Positions 1-8,334 of a stretch of 64,000 nt of DNA are shown piece after piece (within the stretch, counting starts at the first letter, position 1; the number at the start of each line of letters is the position of its first letter). Origin of the DNA: an uncultured Pelagibacteraceae bacterium (GTDB lineage: Bacteria > Pseudomonadota > Alphaproteobacteria > Pelagibacterales > AG-422-B15); assembly GCA_902612095.1 (NCBI GenBank), contig CACMBZ010000001.1, positions 107,772 through 171,771 on the forward strand, given 5' to 3'. The notes below the pieces were generated by a model that was not told the origin of the DNA, did not search any database, and worked only from the letters and a program-made list of their open reading frames with translations. Both the position numbers and the translations under genes were made by a program.

Positions 1-627
1 CTCACTAATATTTCTGTGATTTCCAGAGAGCAATATGTCTGGAATTGTCAAATTTTTCCATTTTTTAGGCCTTGTATACTGAGGGTATTCAAGAAGGTCT
101 TTTGAGAAGGTCTCTGAACTAGCAGACTTCATGTCACCAAGTGTTCCTGGCAACAGTCTCACTATTGATTCCACTAAAACCTGGGAAGCTATTTCACCGC
201 CCGCCAGTATATAATCTCCAATACTTATTTCCTCAATAGGATAGAAATCGAGTATGCGTTGATCAATGCCTTCATATCTACCACAGAGAATATTAATTCC
301 TCTCATCTTTGAAAAATTAATAACTTTACTTTGAGTTAAAGGAGTACCGCGAGGACTTAAATATATCATTGGATAACTATCTTTAGATTTTATATTCTTG
401 TAACAAGCATCAATAGACTTCCCGATTACATCTGCTTTTAAAATCATACCAGGACCGCCACCAGCTGTGGTATCATCTACTTTTTTATAATTACCTTTTG
501 AATATTTTCTTGGATCAATTGTTTTTAATGACCATATTTTTTTCTTTAATGCCTTACCCACGACTCCTGTATTTAAAAGTCCAGGAAAACTATTTGGGAA
601 AAGTGTGATAATTTTTACTCGATACAT
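1..627 (-). CDS. trmD: tRNA (guanine37-N1)-methyltransferase, 3' end truncated by window edge (not in ORF track)
   Basis: Manual translation from ATG at 627: MYRVKIITLFPNSFPGLL...; VDDTTAGGGPGMILK, LCGRYEGIDQR and SIGDYILAGGE motifs; follows rpsP-rimM. Confidence 0.96.
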   Translation of the reverse strand, partial: MYRVKIITLFPNSFPGLLNTGVVGKALKKKIWSLKTIDPRKYSKGNYKKVDDTTAGGGPGMILKADVIGKSIDACYKNIKSKDSYPMIYLSPRGTPLTQSKVINFSKMRGINILCGRYEGIDQRILDFYPIEEISIGDYILAGGEIASQVLVESIVRLLPGTLGDMKSASSETFSKDLLEYPQYTRPKKWKNLTIPDILLSGNHRNISE

Positions 628-629
628 TA

Positions 630-1136
630 CTAGCCTATATAGTCATTGATATTTTTTGTAATAATAATTTTTTTTATAAGATCAATTTTTTTTATTGTGT
701 TTTCACTTATTGGAATAAAGTAGTCTTTAGCATTTTTTTTTCTTATTTCTAGTAAATCCGATGAACCGTAATTCTGAACAGATATTACTTTTCCAATATT
801 TTTTCCGTCATTAGTTTTTACAATTAAATTAATTAATTGATGGTAATAGTATTGGTTTAATTTTTTTATAGCTGGTAAATACGATTGATCGATTTCTATT
901 GTAAGCCCTACAATTTTTTCAGCCAACTCCCTTGTTTTAATTTGTTCACAACTAGCAATATAACCAGTTTTTAGCTCTTTCAATTTTTTAAGAGTGATAT
1001 TTGAATATTTTTTTCCAAGGCTACAAGGGCCATATCTAAATACATCGTCTGGCGTTTCTGTATATGATGTAATCTTGAAATGACCCTTTAAACCGTGAAC
1101 CGCTCTTACTTCTCCAATAACTATCAATTGGGACAT
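630..1136 (-). CDS. rimM: 16S rRNA processing protein RimM
   Basis: IGEVRAVHGLKG N-terminus, YYYHQLI and NYGSSDLLEI PRC-barrel motifs; between rpsP and trmD. Confidence 0.93.
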   Translation of the reverse strand: MSQLIVIGEVRAVHGLKGHFKITSYTETPDDVFRYGPCSLGKKYSNITLKKLKELKTGYIASCEQIKTRELAEKIVGLTIEIDQSYLPAIKKLNQYYYHQLINLIVKTNDGKNIGKVISVQNYGSSDLLEIRKKNAKDYFIPISENTIKKIDLIKKIIITKNINDYIG

Positions 1137-1147
1137 AATTAATAAGC

Positions 1148-1666
1148 TTAGTCTTTTTTCTCCTCTTCTGCTGGAGCTTCCTCTGCTGGAGTCTCTTCTG
1201 CTGGAGCTTCATCAGTTTTTGCTTCTGCTGCTGGAGCTTCCTCTGCTGGAGTCTCTTCTGCTGGAGCTTCATCAGTTTTTGCTTCTGCTGCTGGAGCTTC
1301 CTCTGCTGGAGCTTCAGGAGTAGGCTGATTTTTTGCTTCCTCAGCTGCAGCTAATCTCTCTTGCGCTTTCTTTTTTGGCTGAGCTTTTTTTGGATTGTTG
1401 CCTTGAGCTGGCATTGGTATTACGCCGGCCTCTCCCAAAAACCTCGCAACCTTATCTGTTGGTTTTGCTCCCTTAGAAATCCACTCTTTTATTGACTCTA
1501 AGTTTAGTTGGATCCTATCCTTATTGTCTTTTTGTAAAAGAGGATTGTACAATCCTACCTTTTCAATAAATCTACCATCTCGTGGACTTCTTGAATCTGC
1601 AACTACAACTCTGTATACAGGTCTTTTTTTTGAACCTGCTCTCGATAGTCTTATTTTTAACGCCAT
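1148..1666 (-). CDS. rpsP: 30S ribosomal protein S16 with acidic Pro/Ala-rich C-terminal extension
   Basis: [38 protein letters not shown] is the S16 signature. Confidence 0.98.
   Translation of the reverse strand: MALKIRLSRAGSKKRPVYRVVVADSRSPRDGRFIEKVGLYNPLLQKDNKDRIQLNLESIKEWISKGAKPTDKVARFLGEAGVIPMPAQGNNPKKAQPKKKAQERLAAAEEAKNQPTPEAPAEEAPAAEAKTDEAPAEETPAEEAPAAEAKTDEAPAEETPAEEAPAEEEKKD
1168..1311. repeat. Perfect 60-bp tandem repeat, 2.4 copies, built from degenerate 15-bp subunits, inside the rpsP 3' end
   Basis: 1171-1230 is identical to 1231-1290 and the match continues to 1311; encodes [15 protein letters not shown] units. Confidence 0.95.
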
Positions 1667-1692
1667 TTTATTCTTCCTTTATTTGTTGATAA

Positions 1693-3075
1693 TTAAAATT
1701 TATTTTTAAAAAAATCACTCGGCATGCCACTTCCAAGTTGGCCTGCTAACATATTTGGATCAATTGATCCTCCCCCTTTTCTAGATAACTTCTTCATCAT
1801 GTCTGACATCTTTCTATGTTGTTTTAGAATTTTATTTATTTCGGATACTGAAGTCCCTGACCCTGCCGCTATTCTTTTTTTTCTTGATCCATTAATCATC
1901 TTTGGCTTGCTTCGCTCGTATTTTGTCATTGAGAGAATAATTGCTTCTTGTTGAGCGATTGAATTGTCAGGATTAGTATTTTGTGGGATCTTATCGCTTA
2001 GATTACTTAGTCCAGGGATGAATTTCATCATACCCGAAATGCCACCCATTTTTTTCATCTGTCTGATTTGACTAAGCAAATCGTCGAGATCAAATTCTCC
2101 TTTTTGTAATTTTTTGGCCATTTCTTCGGCATCTTCTTGATCAACAGTTTCAGCAGCTTTTTCAACTAAGGCTACAATATCTCCCATTCCAAGAATACGA
2201 TTGGCAATTCGCTCTGGGTGAAATTTTTCAAGGTCATCGACTTGCTCCCCAACTCCCATAAATTTAATTGGACAATCAGTGATGTACTTCATGCTTAATG
2301 CGGCCCCACCTCGAGCATCGCCATCAATCCTAGTAAGAATAGAGCCTGTAATATTGATTGCTTTTGCAAAATCGCTTGCAACATTCACTGCCTCCTGGCC
2401 AGTTAGGCTGTCTAAAACAAGTATCGTTTCTAGAGGGTTAATTTCTTTTTCCAGCAAACTCAATTCGCTCATTAGCCCTTCTTCAACATTCATTCTCCCC
2501 GCTGTATCATATAAAACACAATCAATTTCCTGTAATTCAGCAAATTGTTTTGCTCTTGATACAATATCAATAGGCATTTGATTTTCGAGTTTGGGTAAAA
2601 TTGTTACATCAATTAACTCAGAAAGTTTTTTTAGCTGATCAAAAGCAGCTGGTCTTGTGGTATCTAATGAAACAAATAAAATCTTCTTATCGTAATTACT
2701 TTTGAGATAATTACCTATTTTACCAACAGTCGTTGTCTTGCCAGAACCTTGAAGTCCTGCAAATAAATAAGATGAAACTTGATTATCGTTTATTTGGAAT
2801 TCAGGTGAAGCTGACCCTAAAATTTGAATTAATTGATCATTCACAATTTTTGTTATCATTTGCGCAGGCGTTATTGATCGAATGATTTCCTTTCCGATCG
2901 ACTCTTTTTTGACATCCTCTATGAATTTTTTTGCAATTGGCAATGCAACATCAGCTTCAAGAAGAGCTCTTCGAATATCTCTCATTGCGCTATCGAGAGA
3001 AACCTCATCAATAGAACCTGTCTTTTTTAAACTCTTAAATATTTCCTCAAACCGATTACTAAGGTTTTCAAACAA
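1693..3075 (-). CDS. ffh: Signal recognition particle protein Ffh (TTG start)
   Basis: GLQGSGKTT, DTAGR, DGDARGGAALS, RIAAGSG, Met-rich M domain; GAAGGAGAG Shine-Dalgarno upstream. Confidence 0.98.
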   Translation of the reverse strand: MFENLSNRFEEIFKSLKKTGSIDEVSLDSAMRDIRRALLEADVALPIAKKFIEDVKKESIGKEIIRSITPAQMITKIVNDQLIQILGSASPEFQINDNQVSSYLFAGLQGSGKTTTVGKIGNYLKSNYDKKILFVSLDTTRPAAFDQLKKLSELIDVTILPKLENQMPIDIVSRAKQFAELQEIDCVLYDTAGRMNVEEGLMSELSLLEKEINPLETILVLDSLTGQEAVNVASDFAKAINITGSILTRIDGDARGGAALSMKYITDCPIKFMGVGEQVDDLEKFHPERIANRILGMGDIVALVEKAAETVDQEDAEEMAKKLQKGEFDLDDLLSQIRQMKKMGGISGMMKFIPGLSNLSDKIPQNTNPDNSIAQQEAIILSMTKYERSKPKMINGSRKKRIAAGSGTSVSEINKILKQHRKMSDMMKKLSRKGGGSIDPNMLAGQLGSGMPSDFFKNKF

Positions 3076-3089
3076 AATAAACTCTCCTT

Positions 3090-3178
3090 CAGCAGGTAGT
3101 GCACCAATGGGCGAAACTCGCTGACTGGTGTCGATACCTTTATTTATGGCACCGCAGAAATAATATTTCTGACGGAAA
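3090..3178 (-). ncRNA. Structured 5' leader of ffh, probably the alphaproteobacterial ffh cis-regulatory RNA motif (boundaries approximate)
   Basis: GC-rich island in an AT-rich intergenic region directly upstream of ffh; hairpin CCG(T)CAGAAAT-ATT-ATTTCTGCGG at 3152-3175, then TCGACACCAGTCAGCGAGTTTCGCCCATTGGTGCA. Confidence 0.7.
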
Positions 3179-3186
3179 ACGTGAGT

Positions 3187-3215
3187 TTTTTATTACTTCA
3201 GTAAGTTAATGTCAA
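3187..3215 (-). promoter_or_regulatory. Sigma70-type promoter for ffh-rpsP-rimM-trmD
   Basis: Perfect TTGACA (3215-3210), 17-bp spacer, TAAAAA (3192-3187). Confidence 0.6.
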
Positions 3216-3273
3216 GATTCATTTAATTTCTTATTTACTGGAAAAATCAAAATTGGCTCAATATAAAGTGTTT

Positions 3274-4098
3274 ATGCACGAGTTTAAGTTCGTAAAGATG
3301 AATGGCCTAGGAAATGATTTTATTGTTATTGACCAAAGGTTATCTGAATTTGATTTATCAGAAGAACAAATAAAATTAATTTGTAACAGAACAGATGGAG
3401 TTGGCTGCGATCAACTAATCATGATTAGAAAGTCACAAGATAACAGCTATCCAATGATTAAATTTTTTAATTCAGATGGAACTGAAATAGATGCTTGTGG
3501 AAATGGTTCGCGTTGTGTTGCAAACTTTTTAATGAAAGAAACAAAGAGTGAGAAAATAAACTTAACTACACGTGAAAGAACAATTACATGTGAAAAGATT
3601 GATGATGTCACAGTTAGTGTAAATATGGGCAAGCCAAAATTCGAATGGAATGAAATCCCTTTGACTAAAGATATCGATCCAGTGGATATAAATTTTTCAA
3701 TCAGAGACCTTACTCTAAAAAAACCATTTTTAGTTAACATTGGTAATCCACATATTATTTTTTTTGATGATGAAATCGAAAAATATGATGTTGAAAGTTT
3801 TGGATCTTTAATTGAAAATGATAATTTATTTCCTGAGAAAATAAATGTGAGTTTTGCAAAGTTAAAAAGTGATAATCACATTGTACTAAACGTATGGGAA
3901 AGGGGTGCAGGAAAAACAAATGCTTGTGGTACGGCTGCTTGTGCAACAGCTGTAGCAGGAGTTGAAATGGGATTGATAAAAAATATGGTGACAGTAACAT
4001 TGCCAGGGGGTGATTTAGAAATATATTACAAAAGTAGTGACAATATTATTATGACGGGTCCAACTGAGATAAATTTTACTGATAAATATAAGCTGTGA
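3274..4098 (+). CDS. dapF: Diaminopimelate epimerase (ATG at 3274 preferred over TTG at 3253)
   Basis: KMNGLGNDF, ACGNGSRC, GNPH, ERGAGKTNACGTAACA. Confidence 0.97.
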   Translation: MHEFKFVKMNGLGNDFIVIDQRLSEFDLSEEQIKLICNRTDGVGCDQLIMIRKSQDNSYPMIKFFNSDGTEIDACGNGSRCVANFLMKETKSEKINLTTRERTITCEKIDDVTVSVNMGKPKFEWNEIPLTKDIDPVDINFSIRDLTLKKPFLVNIGNPHIIFFDDEIEKYDVESFGSLIENDNLFPEKINVSFAKLKSDNHIVLNVWERGAGKTNACGTAACATAVAGVEMGLIKNMVTVTLPGGDLEIYYKSSDNIIMTGPTEINFTDKYKL

Positions 4099-4481
4099 AA
4101 AATAACAATTCTAAAAAAAATACTAAAATATACTTCAATAACTCATGCAGTATCTGTAGGTTTGAAATAAACCACTATAAGAAACTTAATAATGTTATTG
4201 ATTGGGTCGATGTTACTCAAAATAAAGTTGCTGAAAAGGAAACCTCAAAAGAACCAAGTCAATTGATAAGACGTCTTCACGCTAAGCATGATGGAAAGAT
4301 ATTAGAAGGAATCGATGCTTTTTTACTGATATGGTCTCAACTTCCAAGGTATAAATGGCTTTATAATTTTATTAAATTGCCTCTTATCTATCATATAAGT
4401 CATATATTGTATGAAGTTCTTGCATTTGCTCTATATTTAAAAAATCGAAATCAAATAAGTAATGAAAGATCCAGAAATTAA
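4095..4481 (+). CDS. DCC1-like (DUF393) thiol-disulfide oxidoreductase family protein
   Basis: IYFNNSCSICRFEI (CxxC), RRLH...GIDAFLLIW. Confidence 0.8.
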   Translation: MKNNNSKKNTKIYFNNSCSICRFEINHYKKLNNVIDWVDVTQNKVAEKETSKEPSQLIRRLHAKHDGKILEGIDAFLLIWSQLPRYKWLYNFIKLPLIYHISHILYEVLAFALYLKNRNQISNERSRN

Positions 4482-5718
4482 AACTTACGGATGTAGACTG
4501 AATTTTTATGAGTCTGAAGTTATAAGAAAATACGCAAAAGATAACAATCTTCAGAACCATATTTTTATTAATAGTTGCGCTGTTACAAATAAAACTATCG
4601 CTGATCTGAAAAATGAAATTAGAAAAGTAAAAAAAGAAAATCAACAAAGTCAAGTCGTTCTTACTGGTTGTGCTGCACAGATACATAAAAAAGATTTTGA
4701 AGCAATGAGCGAAGTTGACTCCATCATTGGAAATAAAGAAAAATTAGAATCCTCAACCTATAAAACTATAAGAGAAAGTAATAAGCCCGTAAATTCTGTA
4801 GGAGATATATTCGAAAATGAACAGGCAATTTCACCGATTATAAGTAAAGTTAAAAACAGAATAAGAGGATTTGTACAAATACAAAATGGATGTGATCATA
4901 GGTGTACATTTTGTATTATTCCATATGGACGAGGAAATTCAAGAAGTGTGGATCCAAAAAATATTATAAAACAAATAAATTTACTTCTAGAGAAGAACTA
5001 CAAGGAGATAGTGCTAACTGGCGTTGATCTCACAAGCTACGGCAGTGATTTTGAGAAAAAAATTTCATTGTCAACCTTAGTAAAAACTATTCTCAATAAT
5101 TTGCCTCAACTTAACAGACTGAGACTGTCATCACTTGACATCGCAGAAATAGATGATGAATTAATAAATCTTTACGGTAGTGAGAAACGTTTACTTCCTC
5201 ATATTCATTTATCTCTGCAGGCTGGCGATAATATGATTTTAAAAAGAATGAAAAGAAGACATTCAAGAGAAGATGCAATTAATGCAATAGAGCGCATCAG
5301 AGCTGTTAGACCTGATATTGTATTTGGTGCAGATTTAATTGCTGGATTTCCAACAGAAACGGAGGAAATGTTTCTAAATTCAGTGCGTCTTATAGATGAA
5401 TGTAATATTACTTTTTTGCACGTATTTCCATTTTCACCAAGAGATGGAACGCCCGCCGCTAGAATGCCTCAATTAGATCGAGAAATTATAAAAAAAAGAG
5501 CAAAAATACTCAGAAATATTGGCGAGCGAAAGATTGCTGAGCACTACGATAAGCTTAAAAATAAAGAGATTAACCTTATTGTTGAGAGTCAAAATCAAGG
5601 TAGATCAGATACATTTGCAAAGGTCTGTCTCGATGATAATTTTGAAGCGGGTAAAATAATAAAAATGCTTGTCACTGGAAAGCGTCAAGAAGGCTTAATT
5701 GGAAATATAATTGTTTAA
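4462..5718 (+). CDS. mtaB: tRNA t6A methylthiotransferase MtaB (radical SAM)
   Basis: TYGCRLNFYES, NSCAVT, GCAAQ, GCDHRCTFC; dapF-mtaB-ftsY synteny. Confidence 0.94.
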   Translation: MKDPEIKTYGCRLNFYESEVIRKYAKDNNLQNHIFINSCAVTNKTIADLKNEIRKVKKENQQSQVVLTGCAAQIHKKDFEAMSEVDSIIGNKEKLESSTYKTIRESNKPVNSVGDIFENEQAISPIISKVKNRIRGFVQIQNGCDHRCTFCIIPYGRGNSRSVDPKNIIKQINLLLEKNYKEIVLTGVDLTSYGSDFEKKISLSTLVKTILNNLPQLNRLRLSSLDIAEIDDELINLYGSEKRLLPHIHLSLQAGDNMILKRMKRRHSREDAINAIERIRAVRPDIVFGADLIAGFPTETEEMFLNSVRLIDECNITFLHVFPFSPRDGTPAARMPQLDREIIKKRAKILRNIGERKIAEHYDKLKNKEINLIVESQNQGRSDTFAKVCLDDNFEAGKIIKMLVTGKRQEGLIGNIIV

Positions 5719-6583
5719 GAGTTTAAAATCTGGCCTAGCAAAAGTATTTGCAAATCAAAAGATTGATCAAAATACAATACAGGATTTTGAGGATCTTCTC
5801 ATAACTTCTGACGTTGATGTTGAAACATCAGAACTCATTACAACAAAATTAGCAAATGAAAAATTTTCTAATGCTCCTTCGCTAGAAGAAATTCAATCAT
5901 CTCTTAGTAAAATTATAAATGAAATTGTATCAACAAATATAAAGAAAATTGATTATAGAAATAATACAAAACCCTACGTTATATTAATGGTTGGAGTAAA
6001 TGGTTCAGGTAAAACTACAACAATTGCAAAATTGGCAAATCAATTTCAACAAGAAAAAAAAATTGTTCTGTTGGTTGCTGCTGATACTTTTAGAGCAGCG
6101 GCTGCGGAGCAATTGAATGAATGGGCTGATAAAATAGGAACGGACTTTATAAGAGATGATGATAAATCTGACCCTGCAAGCGTGGTATTTAAGTCAATTG
6201 AATATGCAAATAAAAATAATATTGACGTAGTTATAATCGATACAGCTGGAAGACTTCAGAACAAAACTGATTTAATGAATCAATTAGGTAAAATTGACCG
6301 AGTGCTTAAAAAACACGATGAAACACTTCCTCATGACTCAATAATATCAATTGATGCCACAACAGGGCAAAATGCCTTAAAACAAGTGGAAGAATTTAAT
6401 AAATTTACCAAAATAACTGGAATTATTATGACAAAATTTGACTCGAATGCAGCAGGGGGGACGCTTGTATCAATTTCTAATAAAACAAAAATACCAATTT
6501 TAGCAATTGGTAGTGGTGAGCAAATCAGTGATCTTATTGATTTTGATCCTGAACTATTTTCCAATAATTTTATTAAAAATTAA
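5711..6583 (+). CDS. ftsY: SRP receptor FtsY, short NG-only form (TTG start)
   Basis: GVNGSGKTTTIAKLA, DTFRAAA, DTAGRLQ, DATTGQN, TKFD. Confidence 0.97.
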   Translation: MFKSLKSGLAKVFANQKIDQNTIQDFEDLLITSDVDVETSELITTKLANEKFSNAPSLEEIQSSLSKIINEIVSTNIKKIDYRNNTKPYVILMVGVNGSGKTTTIAKLANQFQQEKKIVLLVAADTFRAAAAEQLNEWADKIGTDFIRDDDKSDPASVVFKSIEYANKNNIDVVIIDTAGRLQNKTDLMNQLGKIDRVLKKHDETLPHDSIISIDATTGQNALKQVEEFNKFTKITGIIMTKFDSNAAGGTLVSISNKTKIPILAIGSGEQISDLIDFDPELFSNNFIKN

Positions 6584-7074
6584 AAAGGTCTTATGAGTGA
6601 GATCGTTGCACTTTCTGTGCCAGGATTCGTATCACCAATGCTTGCATTGGATATATGATTTAAATTAAACCCTATCCGACTTGATTTAAGTTTATATGAA
6701 AACTCAATCTGACTTCTAAATTCAAGATTATATCCCAAATCTTTACTATCACCTCTGTCATAATATCCTAACGCAAAGCTTGGTGTAAAAAACCAATTTT
6801 CAGAAATTTCAATATCTTTTCTTAGACCTGAATAAATGTATTTTCCATTATCTCCATTTCTCATAACACCTAAGAAAGGTTTAAGATCGTAATTATTTTT
6901 TAAAAAATTATTCGCGTACAAATATTCAAATCTTATTTCAGATGAGTCTTTATCTTTATAATTTACATCAAATTGACCTAATGAAAATGACCACATATTT
7001 TTATCATTGGATTGAGCACTAAATCCATAAAGTACTAGAATTAGTAATGATAAAATTGATCCAATTATTTTCAT
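6580..7074 (-). CDS. PagL-like lipid A 3-O-deacylase / acyloxyacyl hydrolase family outer-membrane protein
   Basis: Signal peptide; KDLGYNLEFRSQ and HISNASIGDTNPG motifs; C-terminal Phe. Confidence 0.8.
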   Translation of the reverse strand: MKIIGSILSLLILVLYGFSAQSNDKNMWSFSLGQFDVNYKDKDSSEIRFEYLYANNFLKNNYDLKPFLGVMRNGDNGKYIYSGLRKDIEISENWFFTPSFALGYYDRGDSKDLGYNLEFRSQIEFSYKLKSSRIGFNLNHISNASIGDTNPGTESATISLIRPF

Positions 7075-7083
7075 TATATAAAA

Positions 7084-7377
7084 TTAATATCTAACAAAAT
7101 AATCTGGTTCTTCACCCTCAGAAATATAGCCACCAGACCACGTTACACATCCCTTAGAATATTTAACTATCCTCTGCCCAGCAGTGCATCCATCTGCCAC
7201 AACTTCATCTAGTTTTTCATATAATGGTTCTTGTAACTCTTGAAATTCAGAAATGTCTTCTCTTGTTGTAAGCTCAACATCCTCGTAGTCTTTTGTTTCA
7301 TCTTCAATTCCACCTGCTAAAGTGAAATTCAGACCTAGGAAGAAAAATAGTAAAAATGCATAAATTTTTGATTTCAT
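7084..7377 (-). CDS. Small exported acidic hypothetical protein with two Cys
   Basis: GAGGTG Shine-Dalgarno supports ATG at 7377; hydrophobic signal peptide; no family recognised. Confidence 0.7.
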   Translation of the reverse strand: MKSKIYAFLLFFFLGLNFTLAGGIEDETKDYEDVELTTREDISEFQELQEPLYEKLDEVVADGCTAGQRIVKYSKGCVTWSGGYISEGEEPDYFVRY

Positions 7378-7449
7378 AAACACCTCTTTTGATTGCACTA
7401 TAATATAAAATTACAAATTGTTTAAAAGATATCTACAAATTGTCAAAAA

Positions 7450-7806
7450 TTAGGCTTGGCCTCTTTTTTGTCTATAAATTGCAAAAGCTCCAATTATCAT
7501 TATGAAGAATGGAAAAGACCATAATATATAAGTAAGACTGTTGAATGGAGGTGTCATTAAAATCCAATCACCATACTTTTCTACCAGATATTCTTTGATT
7601 TGGCGATCGGTCTCACCTTGACTAATTTTTTCACGAATAAGTTTTTTTATATCCTCTGCTAATTCTGCATTAGACTCGTGAATTGTTTGGCCCTGACATA
7701 CAAGACACCTTACCTCTTTAAAAAGCTCAATTGCCCTAGGATCTTCAGCTATTGCGTTATTCTGCAGCAAAAAAAGGAGTAAAAATATCCTAATTATCTT
7801 AGTCAT
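7450..7806 (-). CDS. ccmH: Cytochrome c biogenesis protein CcmH
   Basis: RCLVCQGQTIHESNA, LVEKYGDWIL. Confidence 0.93.
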   Translation of the reverse strand: MTKIIRIFLLLFLLQNNAIAEDPRAIELFKEVRCLVCQGQTIHESNAELAEDIKKLIREKISQGETDRQIKEYLVEKYGDWILMTPPFNSLTYILWSFPFFIMIIGAFAIYRQKRGQA

Positions 7807-7809
7807 ACC

Positions 7810-8334
7810 TCAATTATCCCTAATTATTGGGAGAATTTTCTCTTCCATCTCATTCATATGAATTGGACCAATATGTTTATAAATAATTTTGCCGTTAGCA
7901 ATAATATATGTCTCTGGAACTCCGTAAACTCCAAGATCGATAGCTGTTCTTCCTGAATTGTCAGAACCAATTTTGACAAATGGATTTCCAAGATCATTTA
8001 TGAAATTTTTTGCTTCTTCATTATTATCTTTATAATTTAAACCAAATATTTCCACTTCATAAAGTTCTGACAAAACCATTAATATGTCGTGTTCTGCTCG
8101 ACATGGAATGCACCAAGAAGACCACACATTTAATAAAATTGGATTTTCACTATTTAAGTCTAAATTTGTTAGCTCTTCCTGTCCAAAAAGGTTTGGCAAT
8201 GAAAATTCTGGTACTTTTTTTCCAACAAGAGGACTTGAAAGTTTTGATGTGTCATTATTTAAAGAAAAAAATAAGAATATACTTAATAGTATTATTAAGA
8301 CCAAAGGTAAAAATTTTAAATGATTACTTTTCAT
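7810..8334 (-). CDS. ccmG: Thiol:disulfide interchange protein CcmG/DsbE
   Basis: NVWSSWCIPCRAEH, GVYGVPETY. Confidence 0.95.
   Translation of the reverse strand: MKSNHLKFLPLVLIILLSIFLFFSLNNDTSKLSSPLVGKKVPEFSLPNLFGQEELTNLDLNSENPILLNVWSSWCIPCRAEHDILMVLSELYEVEIFGLNYKDNNEEAKNFINDLGNPFVKIGSDNSGRTAIDLGVYGVPETYIIANGKIIYKHIGPIHMNEMEEKILPIIRDN

Noticed and set aside
1036-1272. 78-aa KLQQKRLQQ repeat ORF, and a CRISPR-like look of the repeats
   Set aside because: Alternative frame of the rpsP tandem repeat; units are contiguous with no unique spacers and no cas genes
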